From NCBI GenBank assembly GCA_028336245.1, contig JAOKTT010000004.1:962-64961 (forward strand): a DNA stretch of 64,000 bases, read 5' to 3'. Position 1 is the stretch's first letter; each line of letters begins with the position of its first letter. The translations under genes were made by a program, and so were the position numbers. The DNA is from Polaribacter sp. Its GTDB lineage: Bacteria > Bacteroidota > Bacteroidia > Flavobacteriales > Flavobacteriaceae. Of this stretch, positions 11,076 through 21,715 are shown piece after piece. The notes below the pieces were generated by a model. It did not search any database. It was given only the letters and a program-made list of their open reading frames with translations, and was not told the DNA's origin.

Positions 11076-12350
11076 TTATATCTTATTGATCTCTTCAAAC
11101 GTAGAAACAACTGCTGCGTGGGAAACCGTTTTCCCTTCAAAGAATTTTGTTATTTTTTCTTTTTCAAGCAACGTAGCTCCTAGCTGATTTAAAATATTAT
11201 GAAGGTGCATTTTCATATGACCATGCTGAATACCGTTGGTTGTTAGGGCCCTTAATGCAGCAAAATTTTGAGCCAAACCCGCCGTTGCAATAATTTGCAT
11301 CAGTTCTTTTGCAGAGGGTTGCTGTAACACTTCTAAAGACAACTTTGCCAAAGGGTGCAACGCCGTGATGCCTCCAACGGTTCCCAATGCCAAAGGCAAG
11401 TCTAACCAAAATTTGAATACTCCGTCATCAATTGTACAATGGGACAAGCTTGTATACTTCCCGGAACGTGCAGCATATGCGTGCACTCCGGCTTCCACAG
11501 CCCTAAAGTCGTTTCCAGTTGCGATGACTACAGCATCTACCCCATTCATAATTCCTTTATTATGCGTTACGGCTCTGTAGGGTTCAATTTCTGCTATTTT
11601 TACTGCCTGGTAAAATTTCTGTGCAAATTTTTGAGGATTTGGAACTCCTAACGCTTCAATTTTACAACTCACCTCAGCCCTTACCAAACATTCTGGAACG
11701 TAATTGGACAAAATACTCATCACAATTTCAATTTCATCATTTCTGAATTCAGTGGCAATTGCCTCTAGACAAGAATTAATAAAATTCGCACCCATAGAGT
11801 CCATCGTTTCAAAAGTGATATGTAATTGATAGTAATTTTCTAGCTCCACCGTTTTATCTACTAATTTTATATCTAAAATTCCGCCACCACGTTTTTCCAT
11901 GTTTTTAGTAATGGAAGCCGTTGCTGCAACTAATGCCGTTTTCTTTTCAATAAAATAACGTTCTAAACTTACTGTATCTCCAGCAAACATAAAATGTACT
12001 TGCCCAATTTTTGTAGTTCCTAAAACCGTGGTTTTAAAACCTCCTTTTGTACTCCAAAATTTAGCAACTAAAGATGCTGCAGCTACCACAGAACTCTCCT
12101 CGGTAACCATTGGAATTGCATATTCATTCCCATTTATTAGAAAATTAGGCGCCACTCCAAGTGGTAAATAGAAGTTAGAAACCGTGTTTTCTATAAAATC
12201 ATCGTGTAACTGTTGTAGTTTTTTATCGTCGTGCCAGTATTGCTTTATGGTCTTGATGGCATTTGAATTATTATTCAAATAATTTTTTGCCAACCAATGT
12301 ATTTTTTCCTCTTTATTAAATTTAGAAAAACCTGATATTTTCTTACTCAT
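11076..12350 (-). CDS. mvaA: Class II hydroxymethylglutaryl-CoA reductase
   Basis: EESSVVAA, DSMGANFIN, THNKGIMNG, GNDFRA, GIQHGHMKMH. Confidence 0.92.
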   Translation of the reverse strand: MSKKISGFSKFNKEEKIHWLAKNYLNNNSNAIKTIKQYWHDDKKLQQLHDDFIENTVSNFYLPLGVAPNFLINGNEYAIPMVTEESSVVAAASLVAKFWSTKGGFKTTVLGTTKIGQVHFMFAGDTVSLERYFIEKKTALVAATASITKNMEKRGGGILDIKLVDKTVELENYYQLHITFETMDSMGANFINSCLEAIATEFRNDEIEIVMSILSNYVPECLVRAEVSCKIEALGVPNPQKFAQKFYQAVKIAEIEPYRAVTHNKGIMNGVDAVVIATGNDFRAVEAGVHAYAARSGKYTSLSHCTIDDGVFKFWLDLPLALGTVGGITALHPLAKLSLEVLQQPSAKELMQIIATAGLAQNFAALRALTTNGIQHGHMKMHLHNILNQLGATLLEKEKITKFFEGKTVSHAAVVSTFEEINKI

Positions 12351-12484
12351 TTTCTATTTGCTAATCTCTCAAGAACAAATATAATTCAATCCATTAAAAC
12401 ATTACATAATATTCAAGATTTCTCGTTTTTTAAAAGATTTTTTGCGGATTTTTGCGTAAACTTGACAAACTTTTATTAAAAACA

Positions 12485-14713
12485 ATGCCCCTACTCCAAA
12501 GAATCCTCATTTTAGCAATAAGTATCCTATTCATTTGTTGTCAAGAAAACACTACAACCTCCCCTAATTATAGTGCAGGAACTAAAGAAATTAGTTTAAC
12601 GGAGATTTGGGATGGCACTTTTTCTACGAAAAGAATGCATGCTCTAAATGCCATGAATGGCGATTTTTATTCTTTATTAAATACCGATAGTGTTGGAAAT
12701 TCTACGGTAGACAAATACAGTTACAAGACTTTAAAAAAAACAGAAGTCATCGTAAACAGTGGCGATTTAGAGGGCTTAGAAAGGTTTTCATCCTACCGTT
12801 TTAATGCGGATGAATCTTCAGTGATTTTAGGAACTAATTTTAAAAAAATATACCGACATTCTTTTACAGGAAGTTTTTACCATTATAATATTCGTACTCA
12901 AAAACTTCATTTAATCGGAAAGGATATTCAAGAGCCTACTTTTTCTCCTAATGGCGAAAAAATAGCGTTCGCTAAAAAAAACAACCTCTATATTTTAAAT
13001 TTAACCACTGGAAATGCGGTAACTCAAGTTACAAAAGACGGTAGATTTAATCACATTATAAATGGAATTACAGATTGGGTTTATGAAGAAGAATTTGCCT
13101 TTGTCCGCGCTTTTGAATGGAGCAAAAATAGCAACTATTTAGCCTTTTTGCGTTTTGATGAAAGTAAAGTACCTACCTTCTCCATGGACATTGTTGGAAA
13201 AAACAATTATCCACAACAGCAGGTTTTTAAATATCCAAAAGCAGGCGAAAAAAATGCACGCGTTACCTTACATGTATTTAATTGTACTTCTAAAAAAACA
13301 AACAAAATTTCTTTGGGTGCGTATGAATATATTCCAAGAATTAAATGGTCTACTTCCGCAAATATTTTAGTTGCTACAACACTCAATCGCCACCAAAACA
13401 ATTTAAAACTGCACAAAGTAGCCGTTGCAAATAACAAAGTTACTATCCTTTTAAATGAAACGGATACCGCTTATCTAAGCATTACAGATAATCTTACGTT
13501 TTTAAATGACAATAGCTTTATTTGGACGAGTGAAAAAGACGGATACAATCATATTTATCACTATGATTTTTCAGGAAAATTAATCAATCAGATTACCAAC
13601 GGAAAATGGGAAGTAACCAAATATTACGGATATAATAAAAAGAAAAAAACCCTATACTATCAATCTGTAGAAAATGGGAGCATCAATAGAGGTGTGTATT
13701 CTATCGAATTAGATGGGGGTAATAAGAAGTTATTAAGCAATCCGAAAGGTACAAACACCGCTTCTTTTAGCAGGAATCTTCACTATTTTATAAACATGTA
13801 TGCCTCTTCAGAAATTCCTCCCATTTATTCTTTATATACTGCTGAAGGAGAAATGTTACAAATAATTAAAGACAATACTGCACTTAAAGAAAATTTAGCG
13901 GAATACAAACTCAGTAAAAAAGAATTTTCTACAATCACCATCAATGGAAATGATTTAAATATGTGGATGGTAAAGCCAGTAGATTTTGATGAAAACAAAA
14001 AGTATCCTTTGTTGTTATTTCAATATTCTGGACCAGGATCTCAAAAAGTCGTAAATAATTGGAATACTGATAAAGACTACTGGCATAATATGTTGGCACA
14101 GAAAGGGATGATTATTGCCTGTATTGATGGGCGTGGGACAGGCTTTAAAGGAAGTGATTTTAAAAAATCCACCTATTTAAACCTAGTAAAATATGAAACA
14201 GAAGATCAAATAGCCATCGCAAAAAAATTAGCAAAACGCAGGTATATTGATGAAAATAATATTGGTATTTGGGGTTGGTCTTTTGGAGGACATATGAGTA
14301 CCAATGCACTTTTCAAAGGAAGTGATATCTTTACCACCGCAATTGCTGTTGCCCCGGTAACCTCCTGGCGTTTTTATGATACCGTGTATACCGAGCGTTT
14401 TTTAAGAACTCCTCAAGAAAACCCTAAAGGCTATGACGAAAACTCCCCTATAAATTATGCAGAGAAACTAAAAGGAAATTATTTATTGGTGCATGGTACA
14501 GGAGACGATAATGTGCATGTGCAGAATAGTTACAGAATGATAAACGCATTAATTGAAGCGAACAAACAATTTGATATGTTTATTGTACCCGACAGAACGC
14601 ACTCAATTTACAAAGGAAAAAATATGCGCTTGAACTTATATACTAAAATGACTAATTTTATAGAACTGCATTTAATCAATAAATCGAATATATCAACTAA
14701 CATAAAAAAATAG
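12485..14713 (+). CDS. Dipeptidyl peptidase IV (S9B), probable lipoprotein
   Basis: DWVYEEE, GWSFGG nucleophile, HGTGDDNVH, DRTH; N-terminal hydrophobic stretch ending ILFICC. ATG 12485 preferred over TTG 12452. Confidence 0.92.
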   Translation: MPLLQRILILAISILFICCQENTTTSPNYSAGTKEISLTEIWDGTFSTKRMHALNAMNGDFYSLLNTDSVGNSTVDKYSYKTLKKTEVIVNSGDLEGLERFSSYRFNADESSVILGTNFKKIYRHSFTGSFYHYNIRTQKLHLIGKDIQEPTFSPNGEKIAFAKKNNLYILNLTTGNAVTQVTKDGRFNHIINGITDWVYEEEFAFVRAFEWSKNSNYLAFLRFDESKVPTFSMDIVGKNNYPQQQVFKYPKAGEKNARVTLHVFNCTSKKTNKISLGAYEYIPRIKWSTSANILVATTLNRHQNNLKLHKVAVANNKVTILLNETDTAYLSITDNLTFLNDNSFIWTSEKDGYNHIYHYDFSGKLINQITNGKWEVTKYYGYNKKKKTLYYQSVENGSINRGVYSIELDGGNKKLLSNPKGTNTASFSRNLHYFINMYASSEIPPIYSLYTAEGEMLQIIKDNTALKENLAEYKLSKKEFSTITINGNDLNMWMVKPVDFDENKKYPLLLFQYSGPGSQKVVNNWNTDKDYWHNMLAQKGMIIACIDGRGTGFKGSDFKKSTYLNLVKYETEDQIAIAKKLAKRRYIDENNIGIWGWSFGGHMSTNALFKGSDIFTTAIAVAPVTSWRFYDTVYTERFLRTPQENPKGYDENSPINYAEKLKGNYLLVHGTGDDNVHVQNSYRMINALIEANKQFDMFIVPDRTHSIYKGKNMRLNLYTKMTNFIELHLINKSNISTNIKK

Positions 14714-14719
14714 TAAAAT

Positions 14720-16144
14720 ATGAATGACATAGTAAAACAACCATATGAAAAGGAGTTTTTTGGACATCCCGTAGGTCTGTATGTATTATTTTTTGTTGAA
14801 ATGTGGGAACGCTTCTCGTATTATGGGATGCGCGCTATTTTAACCTTATACCTTGCGGCACCTATTATTCTCGGTGACCCACAGTCTGGTTTTGGCTGGT
14901 CTAACGGAGAAACACTTTCTTTCTATGGTACCTACACCATGTTTGTATACCTCACCTCTATTCCGGGAGGCTGGATAGCAGATAAATTTATTGGTCAGAA
15001 AAAAGCAGTGATGTTAGGAGGAATTTTACTTTGTATTGGACACAGTATTTTAGCTGTGGACGCGCAATGGGCATTTTTCACAGGACTTCTTTTTATTGTG
15101 ATTGGTGTTGGATTTCTAAAACCAAACATTTCTACGATGGTTGGAGGCTTGTACAAGCAAGGTGATGACAGAAGAGATAAAGGATTCTATGTTTTTTATA
15201 TTGGGATTAATTTAGGTGCTTTTTTAGGTGCCCTAATCGTAGGAGCCGTTGCCGCTAAATATGGCTGGCATTACGGTTTTGGTTTGGCTGGAATAGGAAT
15301 GGCATTCGGTCAAATAGTTTATATGTATGGAATAAAATACTTAGGAATAGTTGGTGATTTTATAGGAAACGCGGACTCACCAAATAAAGACCTCTTAAAA
15401 AAACCTTTAAATAAAGTTGAAAAAGATAGAATGTTGGTGATGTTCTTATCTTTTTTAATCATCATTGTATTTTGGGGTGCATTTGAACAAGCTGGCGGCT
15501 TAATGAGTCTCTATACCGAACAAAAAACAAACCGTATACTCTCGTTTTCTTTACCTTTTATTGGAAATGAAATTCCTGCGGCTGTCTTCCAATCGATCAA
15601 TGCCTTTTTTATTATTGTTTTAGGAACTGCTGTTGGAAGTTTCTGGCACAAGTGGAAAAATAAAGGAAAAGAATCGTCTTCCCTATTTAAGATGGCTATT
15701 GGAGTCATCATTATGGCTTTTGGTTTTCTATTTATGAGTAAAGCGGCCTCTGAAATCTTAATGAATGGTGACGAAGTAGCAGAGAAATCAGCAATGATTT
15801 GGCTAGTTTTAGCATATCTTTTTCATACGATTGGAGAATTATGTGCTTCCCCAGTTGCACTCTCTTTTATTACAAAATTAGCGCCAATCAAATATGCCTC
15901 ATTTATGATGGGTGCTTATTTTGCTGCTACTGGTATTGGAAATAAAGTAGCAGGGTTTATTGGGGGTCTTTCAGAAAATGCTGGAGATTTTGAAATTTTC
16001 ACAGGAATTGCAATTACCTGTACTCTTTTTGGTCTTTTGATTATTGCAATCTTAAAGCCTTTGAAACGATTAACCCATGGTGCTGAAGATTTTCAAGGAA
16101 CAAAAAACGAAGAAACCGAAGGTTTTGAATTGGCAGACAACTAA
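14720..16144 (+). CDS. POT/PTR family proton-dependent oligopeptide transporter
   Basis: EMWERFSYYG, GGWIADK, FYIGINLG, GELCASP. Confidence 0.93.
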   Translation: MNDIVKQPYEKEFFGHPVGLYVLFFVEMWERFSYYGMRAILTLYLAAPIILGDPQSGFGWSNGETLSFYGTYTMFVYLTSIPGGWIADKFIGQKKAVMLGGILLCIGHSILAVDAQWAFFTGLLFIVIGVGFLKPNISTMVGGLYKQGDDRRDKGFYVFYIGINLGAFLGALIVGAVAAKYGWHYGFGLAGIGMAFGQIVYMYGIKYLGIVGDFIGNADSPNKDLLKKPLNKVEKDRMLVMFLSFLIIIVFWGAFEQAGGLMSLYTEQKTNRILSFSLPFIGNEIPAAVFQSINAFFIIVLGTAVGSFWHKWKNKGKESSSLFKMAIGVIIMAFGFLFMSKAASEILMNGDEVAEKSAMIWLVLAYLFHTIGELCASPVALSFITKLAPIKYASFMMGAYFAATGIGNKVAGFIGGLSENAGDFEIFTGIAITCTLFGLLIIAILKPLKRLTHGAEDFQGTKNEETEGFELADN

Positions 16145-16208
16145 AAATATTAAAATCCTCCTAAACGGACATTTATGAGGCTTTTTATGTACATCTAATT
16201 ACTTATTT

Positions 16209-17780
16209 ATGAATACAGCTAAATACAGATTTGAAGGTTCAGAAATGAACAGCAAGTTATTGATGGGGCACCCTTCTGGATTGTTTGTTTTATTTTTTAC
16301 AGAAATGTGGGAACGCTTCTCATATTATGGAATGCGTGCTATTTTAGTACTTTTTCTAACATCGGCTCTAATGGACGGCGGTTGGGCTTGGTCTCGAGAA
16401 GATGCGCTGGGACTTTACGGAACCTATACAATGTTGGTCTATTTTTCACCCATCCTTGGGGGTTGGCTCGCCGATAAATATTTTGGATATAGAAATTCTA
16501 TTGTTTGGGGTGCCTTAATAATGGCATTAGGACACGCTGCAATGGCTTTTGACACCCCTTGGAGCTTGTATTTTGGTATTGGTTTATTGGTTGCAGGTAA
16601 CGGGTTGTTTAAACCGAATATGACTTCTATTATTAACGGAATGTATGTGAATGCGCAGGCAAAGAAAGATGGCGCGTTTACCATTTTCTACATGGGTGTA
16701 AATGCTGGAGCTTTTTTAGGTATTTTACTTTGTGGCTACATCGGGGAAACCCAAGGTTGGCATTACGGCTTTAGCTTAGCAGGAGTTTTTATGTTTCTTG
16801 GAACCTTACAATTTTGGTTAGCACAAGGAATCTTTGGTAAAGTTGGATTGTCTCCTTCCAAAGCCAAGGAATATGAGAGCGCCAATGAAAACAAAGAAAG
16901 TTCTGCAGCACAAGAAGTGGTTCCACCCAATGTGCAAAGAGACCGATATATTGTAGTAGGTGTTTTAGGTTTCTTTACGATCTTCTTTTGGGCAGCCTTT
17001 GAACAAGCTGGAGGATCGATGACCATCTTTGCGAAAGATTATACAAATAGAATTTTAGAGGGAGATGCAGCAAGTCTATTCAGAGTAGCAAATACCCTGC
17101 TTACCATTGTGCCATTGGTTATTATAACCTATGTTCTTTTTAAATTATTTCAAATAACATTTAAAAAGTATGCCTTGTCCAATCTTTTTTTAGGGACCAG
17201 TTTTGTGATTATCTGGGCAATTGTTCTCTGGATGTTGAACAACCAGTTCTCAGAAGTAAAAACGGAAGTACCCGCTTCTTGGTTTTCAATTTTAAATTCT
17301 TTTTATATCATTACTTTTGCACCTCTTTTTTCTAAACTATGGGAAAGTAAATACAACCCTTCCGCTACGGTTAAATTTGGGGCAGGGCTCATCCTTTTAG
17401 GTTTAGGTTTTGGAATACTTGCCTATGGCTCTGCAAGTATCTCACAAGGAGAACAAACGGCTTCTGTGAGTATGATTTTTCTAATTTTAGCGTATTTACT
17501 GCATACATTAGGAGAGCTTACACTTTCTCCTGTTGGCTTATCATATGTGAGTAAATTAGTACCGGCTGCAAAAATTGGTCTGATGTATGGCCTTTGGTAT
17601 ATTGCAATCGGAATGGGAAATAAAGCTGCGGGCTCCATGGGAGGAATGATTGATACAATTACCGCCCAATACGACATGAGTACTTTCTTTTTAATTTTTA
17701 CCATCATCCCTATTTTTGCAGGACTTGTGTTAATGGCATTGACTCCCATAATGAATCGACTGATGCACGGAATAAAATAA
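16209..17780 (+). CDS. POT/PTR family proton-dependent oligopeptide transporter (second paralog)
   Basis: EMWERFSYYG, GGWLADK, FYMGVNAG, GELTLSP. Confidence 0.93.
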   Translation: MNTAKYRFEGSEMNSKLLMGHPSGLFVLFFTEMWERFSYYGMRAILVLFLTSALMDGGWAWSREDALGLYGTYTMLVYFSPILGGWLADKYFGYRNSIVWGALIMALGHAAMAFDTPWSLYFGIGLLVAGNGLFKPNMTSIINGMYVNAQAKKDGAFTIFYMGVNAGAFLGILLCGYIGETQGWHYGFSLAGVFMFLGTLQFWLAQGIFGKVGLSPSKAKEYESANENKESSAAQEVVPPNVQRDRYIVVGVLGFFTIFFWAAFEQAGGSMTIFAKDYTNRILEGDAASLFRVANTLLTIVPLVIITYVLFKLFQITFKKYALSNLFLGTSFVIIWAIVLWMLNNQFSEVKTEVPASWFSILNSFYIITFAPLFSKLWESKYNPSATVKFGAGLILLGLGFGILAYGSASISQGEQTASVSMIFLILAYLLHTLGELTLSPVGLSYVSKLVPAAKIGLMYGLWYIAIGMGNKAAGSMGGMIDTITAQYDMSTFFLIFTIIPIFAGLVLMALTPIMNRLMHGIK

Positions 17781-17801
17781 CAGGATATGAGTTATACTTA
17801 T

Positions 17802-17836
17802 AAAAGCATCGCGATTCGATGCTTTTATTTTTTTTT
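17802..17836 (+). terminator. Intrinsic terminator of DPP4-POT-POT operon
   Basis: AAAAGCATCG-CGATT-CGATGCTTTT followed by a T-run. Confidence 0.8.
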
Positions 17837-17871
17837 TGTAAATTGAACCTCTAAATAATTTTCTTAAAGTC

Positions 17872-18390
17872 ATGAAGTATTTATTAACCTGTACACTATT
17901 TTTACTTACCATTTTGAGCAGTAATGCTCAAGATAAAGTAAACTGGTTGTCCTTTGAAGAGGCCATTGCCTTGAACAAAGAAAACCCTAAACCTATTTTA
18001 ATTGATGTCTATACCAATTGGTGCGGATGGTGTAAAAAAATGGACAGAGATACCTATTCAAATAAAACGATCGTAAAAACGATTAATGATAATTTTTATG
18101 CTGTAAAATTAGATGGCGAAGAGAAGAAAGATATTCTTTTCAAAGGGCAAACTTTTAAATTTCAAGAAAATGGTAGAAAAGGCTATCATCAATTGGCAGG
18201 CGCACTACTGAATGGAAAGCTCTCCTATCCTGCTGCAGTTTTCATGAATAAAAAAGAAGAGTTAATCCAAAATATACCGGGCTACCATCAAAAAGAAAAG
18301 TTTGAAGTAATTCTTAGGTTTTTTATGAATGAAAATTATAAAACCCACAAGTGGCAAGATTTTCAAAATAATTTTAAGAGTACCCTTTAA
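17872..18390 (+). CDS. Exported thioredoxin-family protein
   Basis: Signal peptide, DVYTNWCGWCKKMD. Confidence 0.85.
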   Translation: MKYLLTCTLFLLTILSSNAQDKVNWLSFEEAIALNKENPKPILIDVYTNWCGWCKKMDRDTYSNKTIVKTINDNFYAVKLDGEEKKDILFKGQTFKFQENGRKGYHQLAGALLNGKLSYPAAVFMNKKEELIQNIPGYHQKEKFEVILRFFMNENYKTHKWQDFQNNFKSTL

Positions 18391-18392
18391 TT

Positions 18393-20411
18393 CTAATCTT
18401 GTAGCATAAATGCTCCTTTTTGTCCAGTATCATGAAAAGGAATTGCATACTTCTCTGCGGTAGTTTTCCAACGATGAACCACACGCTTATAATTTGATCC
18501 ATCTGCAATGATGAGGCCCGGCTCTAAAGTCTTTATCAAACGTTCTAAATTTATTTTTGGAGCATACTGCAAAATTACAATGGGGCGCTTCAAACCCTGG
18601 AGTCGATAAATCCCTAAGCTGTCTACAATTAAAATGTCTTGAGAACTAAAATGAATATAATTTTTAAACCTTGTTTTTTTAATAGTGCGAATATGCGCTC
18701 CAAGCGCATAGGACTGTAGCAAGCTTATTGCTGCTAACTTTACCGAATCTAAAGATGCTTGAATTTCTAATTCCCTTCCCCTTCTTATGCCTGTTATGGC
18801 AACCCTGCTCTTATGAAATACGACAAAAGCAGCTGTTTCGTTAGCTCTTTTATCTTCAAATAGACATGCCATCTGAACGCAAAGTAACGCGCTTAAAAAA
18901 CACCCCAACCGCCAACTATTTTTCTTCATTAAAAATAAAACTCCCGTAAAAATGAGTGCGTACAATGCCAACATCATTAAAAATGACATTCCAATATCTT
19001 TAAACAGAAATACTTCTTGTAACGAAACCCAATTCACAAAGCGATTCATTAAAGAAATTAATCCACCATACATCACTACCAAAAAAGAGGGGGTCAGCTG
19101 CAATAAGGACAAAACAATAACTACAATACCACCCATTAAAATAAGTCCTAAAAAAGGAATGATCACCAAATTAGACGCTATAAATAGTCCTGGAAATTGA
19201 TGAAAATTATAGATACTCAAAGGTAGAATTCCTATTTGAGCAGCAATTGACACCGTAATTAATTGCCAGATTTTTTTACTGATTATAAATCTTGGCCCGT
19301 AAATTACCACTAGCCTTGGTTGCACCCATACGATTCCAAAAACAGCGAAGTAACTCAATTGAAACCCCACATCAAACAGAAACATTGGTTTGATAATTAA
19401 CAGAAGTAACATCGAAGAAATTAAAGAAAATGCAATACTATTTTTTCGCCGTACCGCTTGCCCAACTGCTACAAAAGTAAACATGGTAACTGCCCGCACC
19501 ACAGAGGCAGAAAGTCCAGCAATAAAAGCAAATACCCAAAGCATTGCAACAATGCTTAAAGCTTTGAGATACTTTCCATGCTTTACTTTTTCTAAAGGCG
19601 CAAAAAGAAAAGACAAAATCAATAAAATAATTCCTACATGCAGGCCAGAAATAGCCAAAATATGAATGGCACCTGCAGCCGCGTAGTGCGATAATAGTTC
19701 TTTAGAAACCGCCTGTCTTTGTCCTAATAGCAAGGCGCTAAGGACCGCGAGCTCGTCCTTTTCAAAACCTTGTTTTGATAAGGAGTGTTGTACTTTATCT
19801 CTAAATTTTGCTGCAATTCCTTGGAACGTAGCCTTTGATTTTAAACGTTTTAAAACCTGATGTTTCTCTAAAAACAACTGATGATGGATGCCTTGTTTTG
19901 CTAAGTATGCTTTGTAATTAAATTGATTTGGGTTGAGAGGTGGCAGCACTCTTGTAAAAAAAGAGGGGACTAAAAGTAGGTCATCAATCTTAAATTGATC
20001 TTTTAAACTATCTTTTTGGATATTTAGTAAAATACGTCCCCTCGTTTTCTCCTTATTTATTTGAAGTACTTCTGCGATATATTTTTCATGGTAAAAACCT
20101 GATTTTAAAATTTTTGAAATTTTTAAAACAACTTTGGCATCTTTACTTATAAAGGAACGATACGCGTTCTTAAAATTCCGAGTATCCTGAATATAAACGG
20201 AGGAAATGCCAATAATAAAAAATAAAATAAAGGCAACCACGGTCCTCACTACTTTTTTTTGAATCGAAATTAAGACAAACAACAGAATTAGGAATAAAAA
20301 TAAAAGCTTCGGGAAACCATAAATCCAAATTTGAGTATAAAATTGAATTGTGATTCCCAAAATTAAAAACACCAAAAGGTGTAAAGGGATATATCTGAAT
20401 AGGGGATGCAT
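18393..20411 (-). CDS. comEC: ComEC/Rec2 family competence protein
   Basis: NPNQFNY, ALLLG, HILAISGLHVG, SVVRA, GFQLSY. Confidence 0.88.
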   Translation of the reverse strand: MHPLFRYIPLHLLVFLILGITIQFYTQIWIYGFPKLLFLFLILLFVLISIQKKVVRTVVAFILFFIIGISSVYIQDTRNFKNAYRSFISKDAKVVLKISKILKSGFYHEKYIAEVLQINKEKTRGRILLNIQKDSLKDQFKIDDLLLVPSFFTRVLPPLNPNQFNYKAYLAKQGIHHQLFLEKHQVLKRLKSKATFQGIAAKFRDKVQHSLSKQGFEKDELAVLSALLLGQRQAVSKELLSHYAAAGAIHILAISGLHVGIILLILSFLFAPLEKVKHGKYLKALSIVAMLWVFAFIAGLSASVVRAVTMFTFVAVGQAVRRKNSIAFSLISSMLLLLIIKPMFLFDVGFQLSYFAVFGIVWVQPRLVVIYGPRFIISKKIWQLITVSIAAQIGILPLSIYNFHQFPGLFIASNLVIIPFLGLILMGGIVVIVLSLLQLTPSFLVVMYGGLISLMNRFVNWVSLQEVFLFKDIGMSFLMMLALYALIFTGVLFLMKKNSWRLGCFLSALLCVQMACLFEDKRANETAAFVVFHKSRVAITGIRRGRELEIQASLDSVKLAAISLLQSYALGAHIRTIKKTRFKNYIHFSSQDILIVDSLGIYRLQGLKRPIVILQYAPKINLERLIKTLEPGLIIADGSNYKRVVHRWKTTAEKYAIPFHDTGQKGAFMLQD

Positions 20412-20516
20412 AGCAGGTAGAAGTTACTAAAAATAAATAGGACTCCTACTATTTATTTTAGACCGAATCTTCAGTACCCTTGTGAGGACAATAAAATAAT
20501 AGAAATAAAATTTTAT

Positions 20517-21635
20517 TTAGCCCAATGCATTTAATCGCTGGATAATTTTAGTAGCTGCGTTCTTTGAAGCTCCTTTTCCTCCTAATTTTTTCTCTAATTC
20601 GAAATAATTTAAAAATATTTTTTTACGATTCGAAGCCTCTAAAATCTTCGTAAGCTCTGCTTTTAAATATTTCTTATTAAAATCAGCTTGAATTAACTCT
20701 TTTACCACCTCTTTGTCCATAATTAAATTTACCAAAGAGATAAACTTAAGGGTAATCATTCTTTTTGCTATCTGATATGAAATGGTTCCACTTTTATAAC
20801 ACACAACTTGCGGAACTTTGAACAATGCCGTTTCTAAAGTTGCGGTCCCAGAAGCGACTAAAGCAGCATAAGAGACACTTAATAAATCATACGTTTTATT
20901 ATCGATAAACGCCACTTCTGTAGTTCCTATAATTTGTTTGTAAAAAGACCAATCCTGACTTGGAGCTCCAGCCACTACAAATTGATACCTTGAAAAATCA
21001 GAAACTAAGGTCAACATTACCGACAACATCTTTGTAATCTCTTGCTTTCTACTTCCTGGCAACAAAGCAATTATTTTCTTATTGCTTAGGTGGTGTTCTT
21101 TTCTAAAGTTTACTTCCGTTACTTGCGTCCTATCTGCAATGGCATCAATTAAGGGATGTCCTACAAAATGAACGGCATATCCATGCGTTTTATAAAAGTT
21201 TTTTTCAAAAGGAAGAATTACAAACAGTGCATCAATATCTCTTTTAATATCTTTTATTCTTCGTGCTCTGCTTGCCCATACTTGCGGAGAAATATAATAA
21301 TTAGTTTTAAAACCCTGCTCCTTTGCCCATTTAGCAACCCGCAAATTAAACCCAGAGTTATCTATAAAAATAAGCACATCTGGGGAAAACAGTGCAATGT
21401 CTTTTTTACAAAATTTTATAAAACCCAATACTTTGAATAGATTTTTTAAAACCTCTAAGAAACCCATAAAAGCTCTTTCTTTGTAGTGACTTACCAAATG
21501 ACCTCCAACAGCTTGCATTAGATCTCCTCCCCAAAAACGAATGTCTGCATTTGCATCTTGGAGTTGCAGTTCCTTCATGAGGTTTGCACCATGCAAATCA
21601 CCAGAAGCCTCACCAGCAATTATATAATATTTCAT
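20517..21635 (-). CDS. lpxB: Lipid-A-disaccharide synthase
   Basis: AGEASGDLHGA, YISPQVWA, LLPGSR, SGTATLE. Confidence 0.95.
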   Translation of the reverse strand: MKYYIIAGEASGDLHGANLMKELQLQDANADIRFWGGDLMQAVGGHLVSHYKERAFMGFLEVLKNLFKVLGFIKFCKKDIALFSPDVLIFIDNSGFNLRVAKWAKEQGFKTNYYISPQVWASRARRIKDIKRDIDALFVILPFEKNFYKTHGYAVHFVGHPLIDAIADRTQVTEVNFRKEHHLSNKKIIALLPGSRKQEITKMLSVMLTLVSDFSRYQFVVAGAPSQDWSFYKQIIGTTEVAFIDNKTYDLLSVSYAALVASGTATLETALFKVPQVVCYKSGTISYQIAKRMITLKFISLVNLIMDKEVVKELIQADFNKKYLKAELTKILEASNRKKIFLNYFELEKKLGGKGASKNAATKIIQRLNALG

Positions 21636-21653
21636 ACCTCTTCAACTATCAGA

Positions 21654-21699
21654 TCGAGCGCAGTCGATTCCTTATTAAAAACAGCTCGACTGCACTCGA
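21654..21699. repeat. REP-like intergenic inverted repeat
   Basis: TCGAGCGCAGTCGA (21654-21667) and TCGACTGCACTCGA (21686-21699): 13/14 complementary, GC-rich against an AT-rich background. Confidence 0.65.
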
Positions 21700-21715
21700 G
21701 AAAATACTATTTATT

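Noticed and set aside
18393-20411. comEC as evidence of natural competence
   Set aside because: ComEC homologues are widespread in Bacteroidetes, and no other uptake genes are in the window.
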